From contig JBFFSH010000015.1 of NCBI GenBank assembly GCA_041572575.1, positions 1 through 44,124 on the forward strand: a stretch of 44,124 bases of DNA, in the 5' to 3' direction. Source of the stretch: Thermodesulfobacteriota bacterium. GTDB lineage: Bacteria > Desulfobacterota_D > UBA1144 > Nemesobacterales > N074bin48. The translations under genes were made by a program, and so were the position numbers. Of this stretch, positions 33,407 to 41,429 are shown piece after piece (position 1 is the stretch's first letter; every line of letters starts with the position of its first letter). The notes below the pieces were generated by a model. The model was not told the DNA's origin, did no database searches, and was given only the letters and a program-made list of their open reading frames with translations.

Positions 33407-34294
33407 ATGGCAGTTATAACCATAACCGAACCAACCGAGATATCCGGTACTGAAATAGCCGTAAATACAGCTAAAAAACTTGATTTTTTATTAATCGATA
33501 GCTCGCACATATTAAGTAAAAGCAAAAATGCACATAAATATATTAACATTTATGATCTATTAACTTCAGAAACGATCTCGCCTGAATACGTTAAGAAGAT
33601 GATACTAAACCAGGCGCTTAAAAGAAATATTATTGTTTTAAATCTTGGCGGAGAAATACTTTTCAATAATATTCCTGGAACCTTACACATTAGAATAAAA
33701 TCCTCTGAAACTACAAAGAGCTCAAAAACAAATAAGGCAAACTATAAAAAATTAATCCATTCCATATATGATGTAAGCAGATTAGAGACAAAATACTATG
33801 ACTTACAGATTAAGATTGATAACAATGACACTGATTTTGCTCTTGAATTAATATCTAAAGCCTTAGAGATCAAGGGGATTTTATCTAAAGCAGGTATTAC
33901 ATGGAATGCGATCAATAAACTTAAAAAGAGTATAAATCATAGTAGTATATCTACTACTAAGAATAGCTATCACCACAAAGTACCCGACTTTGCCCATCCA
34001 AGTGAAAAAGAATTTGCAAAGGTACTGGATTATTACAGAATAAATTGGGAATATGAACCCAGAAGCTTTATTTTGCAGACGTATGACAGCGGTAGTATAA
34101 AAGAAGAATTCACCCCTGATTTTTATCTTACTGACCTTGATCTTTATATTGAGCTTACAACAATGAAACAAAAGCTTGTTACAAAGAAAAACCGTAAGGT
34201 TAGAAAGCTAAAAGAGCTGTACCCTGATGTTAATATAAAGATTTTTTACGGGAAGGACTACCAGAAATTACTTTATAGATTTGGTATAAAATAA
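33407..34294 (+). CDS. hypothetical fusion: degenerate cytidylate-kinase-like domain + PD-(D/E)xK-type nuclease domain
   Basis: N-terminal MAVITIT...GTEIA..AKKL..LID, LHIRI and YDLQI resemble the cytidylate-kinase-like family. C-terminal FAHPSE..WEYEP..FTPDFYL..YIELTT resembles a restriction-like nuclease core. Confidence 0.65.
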   Translation: MAVITITEPTEISGTEIAVNTAKKLDFLLIDSSHILSKSKNAHKYINIYDLLTSETISPEYVKKMILNQALKRNIIVLNLGGEILFNNIPGTLHIRIKSSETTKSSKTNKANYKKLIHSIYDVSRLETKYYDLQIKIDNNDTDFALELISKALEIKGILSKAGITWNAINKLKKSINHSSISTTKNSYHHKVPDFAHPSEKEFAKVLDYYRINWEYEPRSFILQTYDSGSIKEEFTPDFYLTDLDLYIELTTMKQKLVTKKNRKVRKLKELYPDVNIKIFYGKDYQKLLYRFGIK

Positions 34295-34462
34295 AAAAAC
34301 GACTCCAAGTGACCTTAGCTTGTATTTGAAAACTGAGCCCTGGCTCCGCGTCCGCTTTGCCGTTCTCTCTTTCGAGAGATTTTTGACCGCTTTTAACGGT
34401 CTAACCTACTGGTTATTTCAGGCTTTTGTTTTCTGATTAACCTTAGCCTCTTGGAATCGCTT
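34293..34462 (-). ncRNA. ssrS: structured ~170-nt ncRNA, probable 6S RNA
   Basis: 5' and 3' ends pair (GCGAUUCCAAG/CUUGGAGUCGU) with G-U pairs only on the minus strand. AGCC at nt ~39-42 pairs with GGCU ~40 nt from the 3' end. GAGCC-AG-GGCUC parallels E. coli 6S GAACC-AAG-GGUUC. GAAA-capped apical stem, own promoter, 3' U-tract. Confidence 0.7.
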
Positions 34463-34468
34463 ATTTAT

Positions 34469-34498
34469 ATTATAGCTCTTTTTATAAACTAAAGTCAA
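34469..34498 (-). promoter_or_regulatory. sigma70-type promoter of the ncRNA
   Basis: TTGACT (34498-34493) - N18 - TATAAT (34474-34469); predicted +1 near 34462, at the start of the terminal stem. Confidence 0.75.
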
Positions 34499-34609
34499 TA
34501 GGTTTTTTTATCTGGTCATAAATTATTTTTTTTAGCCTTATTGAGTTAATTCTTATATAATCTTTTTCTAATTCAATTACTTTAATTAAATCAAAACGAG
34601 GCAAACGGA

Positions 34610-35146
34610 TTGATTGATGATATAAAAGAAATATTAATAAGTGAGGCTGAATTAAAAGATAAAACAGCTCAACTAGGCAGCAAAATTTCACAAGATTATA
34701 AAGGCCTAAATCCGGTATTCATAACAGTTCTCCGTGGGAGCATTATCTTTGTATGTGATTTGATAAGAGAGGTTAAAATTCCGATTTCCCTCGATTTCCT
34801 TTCGGTTTCAAGCTATTCGGGACAGAGTCATACGGGTGTTGTACGAATAATAAAAGATCTGGATGAAAATATAGAAAATAAACATGTCATTTTGATTGAA
34901 GACATAATCGACACCGGGCTTACCTTGAATTATATAGTAAGCATGCTACAAGAAAGAAAACCCACCAGCATTAAGGTCTGTGCATTATTGGACAAAAAAG
35001 TACGCAGGATAATAGATATACCTATCAATTATAAGGGTTTTGAGATACCCGATGAGTTTGTAGTGGGCTATGGAATGGACTATAACCAGAAATACAGAAA
35101 CCTGCCGTTTATAGGGGTATTAAAAGAAGAAGTACTTGCCAAATAA
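34610..35146 (+). CDS. hpt: hypoxanthine phosphoribosyltransferase
   Basis: VLRGS, SSY, LIEDIIDTGLTL PRPP-binding motif, FVVGYGMDY..YRNLP. Confidence 0.96.
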   Translation: MIDDIKEILISEAELKDKTAQLGSKISQDYKGLNPVFITVLRGSIIFVCDLIREVKIPISLDFLSVSSYSGQSHTGVVRIIKDLDENIENKHVILIEDIIDTGLTLNYIVSMLQERKPTSIKVCALLDKKVRRIIDIPINYKGFEIPDEFVVGYGMDYNQKYRNLPFIGVLKEEVLAK

Positions 35147-35375
35147 ACCGGTCCTTTATTACATACTCTAATTGCATAAATCATATCCAGAATTATAAAT
35201 TTTCTATTTTTCTACAAACACCCTTTACTTTTTTCTAAAATCCTTATAATTAACGCTCTTTTATTGAAAAGTTAGCGTGGTTATTAAATTTAAGAATTAA
35301 TTCTTATTTAATAATTTAAGCAGCTTAGATAATAAAATTAATAAATATATTTAAATTAACATTTTGGAGGATTTA

Positions 35376-35906
35376 ATGATTAAAGGAAGCACAATTTCAA
35401 AAGCCTACAGCAAGGCAACAAAAGATTTAGAGCTTATCTCTGTATCTCAGGACAAAAGAAGTTTTTATAAAGAGATCATTGACAATATTACAGAAACAAC
35501 CGAAAGGGGTACTGTACTTATTCATCTTTTAGACGAAAAGCAAACACAAGCTACGCTTGTTGCTGAATGCAACATCTTTTCAGATGATTTAAAAAGATTC
35601 ATAACAATAGATAACACTGAGCACACAATCTGGAGTCCTATAAAAGAAAACAGGATTAAATTATTCAGAAATCTTGTATCAAATGAAAAGGTTGGTGAAA
35701 AAATTAAGTCACTTGGCAAATCATCTGCTCTTGGGGTTCCTATCACAAATGAAGATGGTAAATCTATTGGATGTATATGGGTTCTTGATACTAATGATTC
35801 AGTTACCACCCCACAATATATACAAATAAGAGAATTGCTTCTCGAATCCGCAAAGAAAATTGCCTGGAAAGAAGAGAATGACAAAAACACTTCAGGGCTT
35901 CACTAA
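35376..35906 (+). CDS. stand-alone GAF-domain-like protein
   Basis: KSSALGVPITNEDGKSIGCIWVLD is a GAF-type beta-strand motif. ATG 35376 follows GGAGG. Confidence 0.6.
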   Translation: MIKGSTISKAYSKATKDLELISVSQDKRSFYKEIIDNITETTERGTVLIHLLDEKQTQATLVAECNIFSDDLKRFITIDNTEHTIWSPIKENRIKLFRNLVSNEKVGEKIKSLGKSSALGVPITNEDGKSIGCIWVLDTNDSVTTPQYIQIRELLLESAKKIAWKEENDKNTSGLH

Positions 35907-35960
35907 TTCATTTCAAATATCCGACAAATTTTATCTTGTTACCTAACAAATAAAATCTAC

Positions 35961-35991
35961 AAAAAAAAGGCCGGTATTTTACTCCCGGCCC
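35961..35991 (-). terminator. intrinsic terminator after the P-domain gene
   Basis: Minus strand GGCCGG-GAGTAAAATA-CCGGCC followed by T8. Confidence 0.8.
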
Positions 35992-36022
35992 TATATTTTT
36001 TAAAACAATTAAATTAGTAATA

Positions 36023-37432
36023 TTATTCTATAAAACCACCGCTTGTAGGACCACTATTAATGAATAACTCCAAAGTGTTTGGTGAAGACATCATACCGGG
36101 TGGTGCTGGACATGAAATTGCAAGCGGAACACATACATCAAATCCGCCGTTACCAAATTCACAACAGGACTGAATGCAGAGCTCATCTACTCCACAGTCA
36201 GATTGTCCATTAGGGCAAGGACTAACTGATTCACACAGGAAGTCCTGAGAACAGTGTCCCGTACTTCCTCCATCAGCGTCTGGAAAACATATAGCAGGCA
36301 ATCCAAAAAATGGATCCGGTGGGCATAAGCCCTCTCCACATGGAAACAGTCCATGTAGACCGAAGGTATCCACATTTGTACAATTTTCTATTGTTACATC
36401 AGCAGGATTGCTGCATTCTTCCAAAGGAGCATCTGCATCAACATTACATTCCTGGCTGTTATTTGCGGCAAGCTCCTCTGCAAATGCTGTTATATCCTCT
36501 TTTGGTGTACCGCCGCCACCGTCTATATTGGTAAGTAGCGAGCATACTTCTGCTTCTATTTCAGCCGCAGAAAGCGGATAATTTACCTGGTTCGTACACA
36601 CATTTAGAAGAGCTGCAGTGGCCTGTCTCAGCAGCTGAGCCGCCGCCCCTGCCTTCCCGTCACAATCTTTTCTGTTGGTACGACCCCTTGGATGAAGAAT
36701 TTCATCCGCATCGGCAAACTCTATTTGATTATTAGGCAGACAATTATCAAGATTACACATATCAAATAAGTTTTCCATTGTAATATCAGGATCTATGCTC
36801 GGACAGCCGGCAAATACATCAGAATTATCCTTAAGTGCTCTGTTCCCCCAGAACCCCGGTGAACAGCCCTCACCGGTTGAATAAATATCCAGGCACCAGC
36901 ATTCGAGAGTTCCAGTATCAATAGTAAAATCATCATCTATATTCAGAGTCCAGGTTCCAATTGAGCTTTCTAAAAAATAATCAGACAGATTTCCCTGAGA
37001 AGAAAAAGTACCTGCAACACCCGGAGCTCCAGGAATAGCAGGTGCTCCGTCAGCAAGTACAAAGTCAGGAAATGTAGTAGTCTGATCACCGCATGAAGTG
37101 CCAAAATTGTCACTTGATCCTCCTACATCTTCAAACAATACTACATTTGTGCCGTCCGGTTAATCCAGACTCACGTCTAAATCCTCATCCCATGTGTGGG
37201 TTATATACAGCCTAACATTTACATCCGTAATTGTAGGACCAGAAGCAATATCCAGATCATTTCCAATTCCAGGATTTGGACTATCTGGAATAGCTTCAGG
37301 TGTATTAGTACTACAATAAGTTTCAAAAAGCACGCCGTTTGGCGGTGGTACATCACCTGCCATGGCATCTGTCTTCAGTATAAGAAGACTTAGAACCATT
37401 AATGCTATTGATCTAACAATGATTTTATTCAT
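36023..37432 (-). pseudogene. secreted Cys-rich protein with proprotein-convertase P-domain, split by one in-frame TAA (37160-37162)
   Basis: ORFs 37160..37432 and 36023..37138 are in the same frame. Read-through gives HTWDEDLDVSLD*PDGTNVVLFEDVGG...GTWTLNIDD...GTLECWCL, matching P-domain HT..DL...L.SP.GT and GTW.L...D...G.L..W. Signal peptide present. Confidence 0.8.
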
Positions 37433-37529
37433 CTTTATCCCCCTACTTATTTTGAATTTAACAAAATAGCAAGTGGAAATTGGAAGGAACTTTACGATAC
37501 ATATAATAATAACTTAGCTTTATAATAGA

Positions 37530-37620
37530 CTGTATCGGCAGCCGGACTACCATGGAATATTTTTCCAACAGGCTCCTAGCTTTGCGTCCCATCATTTCTA
37601 ATGGTTTGCCATTTCGTTAT
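37530..37620 (-). promoter_or_regulatory. cyclic di-GMP-I (GEMM-I) riboswitch
   Basis: Minus strand GGCAAACCATTAGAAATGATGGGACGCAAAGCTAGGAGCCTG...GGTAGTCCGGCTGCCGA closely follows the Vc2-type core GGCAAACC..GAAA..GGGACGCAAAGC...GGUAG...CCGA. Confidence 0.92.
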
Positions 37621-37626
37621 AGTATT

Positions 37627-37656
37627 ATAATACTATAGTATGGCATACAAAGTCAA
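37627..37656 (-). promoter_or_regulatory. sigma70-type promoter of the riboswitch leader
   Basis: TTGACT (37656-37651) - N18 - TATTAT (37632-37627); predicted +1 near 37620. Confidence 0.55.
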
Positions 37657-37807
37657 GGCAACCATATCGGTATTTGTAGCAAATTAATATTTTTAATCGG
37701 ATTTCAGGTATTTAAGCAAAAATGTCTCTGATATTACTCACAGCCTATATACTTTTATAAAACAGATTTCATTACATTGAATATTGTATTATATAACAAA
37801 TTATCAA

Positions 37808-39205
37808 TCAAAGCACCGATGATCTGATAACCATCATTTTTTCCTGAGTCATCTCGTGCATGGAATAAGGTATTCCGCCCATTCCGAGCCCTGATTCTTT
37901 GTTGCCACCAAAAGGCATCCAGTCAACACGAAACGCTGTGTGGTCGTTTACCATCACAGCCCTTGCATTGAGTCTCTTAATAGAATCCAGAGCAGTATCT
38001 ATGTTCTTGGTAAATATGGCAGCCTGAAATGACAGAGGCAGACTGTTAGCTAGAGCAATGGCTTCGTCTCTTTCCTTGTAGGTATAGACTGCTATGACAG
38101 GACCAAATATTTCAAGCTGTGAAAGATTACATTTTTGTGGAGGGTCTAGTATTACTGTCGGCTCATAGCATGTACGTCCTATTTTCTTGCCACCGCATAA
38201 GAGTTTGCCGCCTCTTCTGGTCGCCTCTTTTACCCAGTCATGAACTCTGTCTACTTCTCTTGGTAGTATAAGCGGGCCAACCTCTGTCTTTGGATCAAGA
38301 GGATCTCCTACATTCATTTTCTTTGCAAGCCTTGCAAGCCCGTTTGCTACTTTCTTTGTAACTGAACTGTGTGCAAATACCCTCTGTACAGATACACATA
38401 CCTGTCCTGCATGATACAGCCCGCCCTTTGCCATGAGAGGAAGTGCATCATCTAGATCTGCATCAGGCTCTACTATCACAGGAGCGGCACCACCATGCTC
38501 AAGCTCACATCTCACACCCGGCGCTACTTTTGATTTCAAATACCAGCCTACCCTGCCTGATCCTATAAAAGTCAAAAAATCTACTCTTGGGTCAGTAACG
38601 AGCTGTTCAGACACTTTATTATCACAAGTTATCACCTGTGCCCAGCCCTTTGGCAGACCGGCTTCATATAGAATATTTACCAGATTAATTGATGACAGAG
38701 GTGTAGTACTTGCCGGCTTAATTATCACAGGACAACCGACCGCAATAGCAGGCAGCACCTGATGAACGGCTAGATTGAACGGATGATTAAAAGCGCATAC
38801 AGCTATAACGACACCAATTGGTTCTCTGAACGTATAAGCCATCCTGTTTAGAGAGGCGGCATTAAGGTTCATGGGAATCTCTGTTCCCCTCATATTGGCT
38901 ATTTCTTCTTTTGTAACTCCAAAGCCGTTTATAGAACGAGTGATTTCAACCTGGGTATCTATAAATGGCTTACCGCCTTCTTTGCAAGCTGTTCCTACTA
39001 TGTCGTCATATCTATCTTTTAATATTTGCTGAGCCCTTTCAAGTATCTCAATTCGCTCCGGTATAGGAATTCTCTTTGAAGGATCATCAGCAAGCTTCCT
39101 TGCAGCATTTAGCATTTTGTTAGCATCATTTTCTGTAGCTAATGGAAGTTCATCTATAACTTTTTCGTCATATGCGGTTAATACCTTCAGCGTTTTTACA
39201 GCCAT
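37808..39205 (-). CDS. aldehyde dehydrogenase family protein
   Basis: AFNHP, IKPA, FIGSG, LEHGG, GQVCVS catalytic Cys, EIFGP, PFGGNKESG. Confidence 0.93.
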   Translation of the reverse strand: MAVKTLKVLTAYDEKVIDELPLATENDANKMLNAARKLADDPSKRIPIPERIEILERAQQILKDRYDDIVGTACKEGGKPFIDTQVEITRSINGFGVTKEEIANMRGTEIPMNLNAASLNRMAYTFREPIGVVIAVCAFNHPFNLAVHQVLPAIAVGCPVIIKPASTTPLSSINLVNILYEAGLPKGWAQVITCDNKVSEQLVTDPRVDFLTFIGSGRVGWYLKSKVAPGVRCELEHGGAAPVIVEPDADLDDALPLMAKGGLYHAGQVCVSVQRVFAHSSVTKKVANGLARLAKKMNVGDPLDPKTEVGPLILPREVDRVHDWVKEATRRGGKLLCGGKKIGRTCYEPTVILDPPQKCNLSQLEIFGPVIAVYTYKERDEAIALANSLPLSFQAAIFTKNIDTALDSIKRLNARAVMVNDHTAFRVDWMPFGGNKESGLGMGGIPYSMHEMTQEKMMVIRSSVL

Positions 39206-39245
39206 CTGTTATTCCCCTTATTTAAATTATAGTAATATACAAACA

Positions 39246-40889
39246 CTAATAAACCAGCTCACATGTTAAGTTGTTAAGCTCTTTAATTAACACCTTTTCA
39301 TTTTCAGAATAATCCACAGGTACTTCAATCAAATGAACACCTTTTGAATTTATGCATTCTTTTAATTTTGATAGAAGCTCAGGATTACTTCCAATCCTAT
39401 GTCCATTCGCTCCATAGCTCTCGGCATATTTAACAAAATCAGGGTTTCCATAATCTAGCCCCCAGTTTTTAAAACCCATACCGGACTGCTTCCATTTTAT
39501 CATTCCATACGCATCATCTCTAAGAATCACGACTACCAGATCAAGTTTTAATCTAACTGCGGTTTCTATTTCCTGAGAGTTCATCATAAACCCGCCGTCT
39601 CCACATATTGCGAGAACCTTCTTCTTGGGTTCTACAATCTTGGCTCCGATAGCAGACGGCAGTCCTGCCCCCATGGTTGCAAGTGCATTATCAAGTAATA
39701 TTGTGTTAGGTTTATAAGCATAATAGTTCCTTGCAAACCATATCTTATATACTCCGTTATCAAGAGTAATAATGCCGTCATCAGGCATCGCCTTTCTAAT
39801 ATCTGCTACGACCTTCTGAGGGATTATGGGAAACCCCTTGTCATTGCTCTTATCAAAAATATGTTCTTCTAATGATTTTTTAATATTCTGAAAAATCCTT
39901 GGTCTCGAGACTTTTTTACTTTTTATACCCTTTGCAATTCTTTCAACAGATGATGCAATGTCACCAACCACTTCAAGCTGTGGATAGTACACATCATCTA
40001 CTATAGCGCTAAAGTTATTTATATGTATTACCTTAACATGACCGTTCATAAAAAACGGAGGCTTTTCAATCACATCGTGACCTACGTTTATTATCAAGTC
40101 AGCCTGATCAATAGCACAGTGCAGGTAGTCATGATCCGATAGAGCAGCTGTACCCAAGAACAGCGGACTTCTCTCATCTACAACCCCCTTTCCCATCTGG
40201 GTATCAAAAAAATAAATATTCGTATTATCAACAAATTTTCTAAGCGCCCTGCATGTTCTGTTTCTGTTTGCAGCTGCTCCTATTAAAAGAAGCGGCTTCT
40301 TAGCCTTTGAAATAAGTTCTACAGCCTTATCTATTACTGTCTTATTGGCATCGGGTCTTCTTACATTAGAAATCTCAAAATATCTCTCTTCACCATTTTC
40401 TGCAGCAACGTCCTCGGGAAGCTCAAGATGTACAGCACCCGGTCTTTCTTCTTCTGCTACCCTTATGGATTCTCTTACAAAACTTGGGATATTGTTAGCG
40501 TCTACAATCTGTTTTGTATATTTTGTAAGCGGACGCATCATGTTTACAACATCGACAATCTGAAACTGGCCCTGTTTACTTTTTTTGATTGGCTTCTGCC
40601 CGGTTATCATCATCATAGGCATTGCGCCAAGCTGAGCATATGCTGCTGCAGTAACAAAATTAGTTGCACCTGGTCCAAGTGTAGCAAGGCACACCCCTAC
40701 TTTTCCCGTAAGCCTTCCATGTGTTGCCGCCATAAATCCTGCACCCTGTTCATGGCGTGTAAGTATGAGTTTAATCTTTGAATTTCTAAGGGAGTTTAAG
40801 AAGTCGAGATTTTCTTCACCCGGAATTCCGAAAATGTATTTAACACCTTCTTTTTCAAGAGCTTTTACGAACAGGTCAGAAGCTTTCAT
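39246..40889 (-). CDS. ThDP-dependent acetolactate synthase large-subunit-like enzyme
   Basis: IFGIPGEEN, RHEQGA, LGPGATN, GDGGF ThDP motif. Confidence 0.9.
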   Translation of the reverse strand: MKASDLFVKALEKEGVKYIFGIPGEENLDFLNSLRNSKIKLILTRHEQGAGFMAATHGRLTGKVGVCLATLGPGATNFVTAAAYAQLGAMPMMMITGQKPIKKSKQGQFQIVDVVNMMRPLTKYTKQIVDANNIPSFVRESIRVAEEERPGAVHLELPEDVAAENGEERYFEISNVRRPDANKTVIDKAVELISKAKKPLLLIGAAANRNRTCRALRKFVDNTNIYFFDTQMGKGVVDERSPLFLGTAALSDHDYLHCAIDQADLIINVGHDVIEKPPFFMNGHVKVIHINNFSAIVDDVYYPQLEVVGDIASSVERIAKGIKSKKVSRPRIFQNIKKSLEEHIFDKSNDKGFPIIPQKVVADIRKAMPDDGIITLDNGVYKIWFARNYYAYKPNTILLDNALATMGAGLPSAIGAKIVEPKKKVLAICGDGGFMMNSQEIETAVRLKLDLVVVILRDDAYGMIKWKQSGMGFKNWGLDYGNPDFVKYAESYGANGHRIGSNPELLSKLKECINSKGVHLIEVPVDYSENEKVLIKELNNLTCELVY

Positions 40890-40979
40890 TTTATTATCCT
40901 CACTCCTCTTACAAGTATTTTAATACCAATATTATATTGTTAGAGGTAACTCCGGGTGATATGGATTCTGTAAATCTTA

Positions 40980-41429
40980 TTAAAATACCAGCTTATTTGT
41001 AATGAATCTATCAATAGAAAATTTGCCTGATCCTCCAACAAGAACAGCAAGTCCAAGGCCTATAGCAAGAAGGTGATATTCATAACCCTGCCCCTCCTGC
41101 GTGCCAAACCAGTTCATAAAAAAACCATATTTTGCATGTACTGTTACGATTGCGCCTGTCATAATTGTAATTATTCCAATTGCGCAGATCCTTCCCATAA
41201 AGCCTATAATAAGACATACCGCACCCACGGATTCTCCTACTATAATCAGGATTGCTACTATCTCGGGAAGACCTCCCTCAACAAAGAATTTCACCGTAGC
41301 ATCAAAACCATTACCGCCAAACATCCCCAGTAGTTTTTGAAGCCCGTGCGGTAGAATAACTGCGCCTAGAAAGACTCTTGCAAAAAATGTTGGAAAATCT
41401 CCGTTTGTATGGAATAAAAACCTAAGCAT
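40980..41429 (-). CDS. DoxX family membrane protein
   Basis: R..LG...PHGLQKL, GFFMNW, GYEYHLL, GSGKFSID. Confidence 0.92.
   Translation of the reverse strand: MLRFLFHTNGDFPTFFARVFLGAVILPHGLQKLLGMFGGNGFDATVKFFVEGGLPEIVAILIIVGESVGAVCLIIGFMGRICAIGIITIMTGAIVTVHAKYGFFMNWFGTQEGQGYEYHLLAIGLGLAVLVGGSGKFSIDRFITNKLVF

Noticed and set aside
34300..34460. Plus-strand purine/PRPP/ZTP riboswitch for hpt, or a lysine riboswitch
   Set aside because: Stems contain A-C mismatches on the plus strand but G-U pairs on the minus strand. No consensus of those riboswitches was recognised, and the minus-strand unit has no downstream gene.
34482..34691. 69-aa minus-strand ORF upstream of the ncRNA
   Set aside because: Antisense to the hpt 5' end, low-complexity AT-rich, and it runs through the ncRNA promoter.
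956..37162. Genome-wide stop-codon reassignment to explain the two in-frame stops
   Set aside because: The stops differ (TAG and TAA), and both codons end conserved genes normally here (TAG ends oppF, truB, nusA and rimP; TAA ends fabF, hpt and infB).
37530..37620. 3',3'-cGAMP-sensing GEMM-Ib variant
   Set aside because: The position equivalent to Vc2 nt 20 is G, not A.
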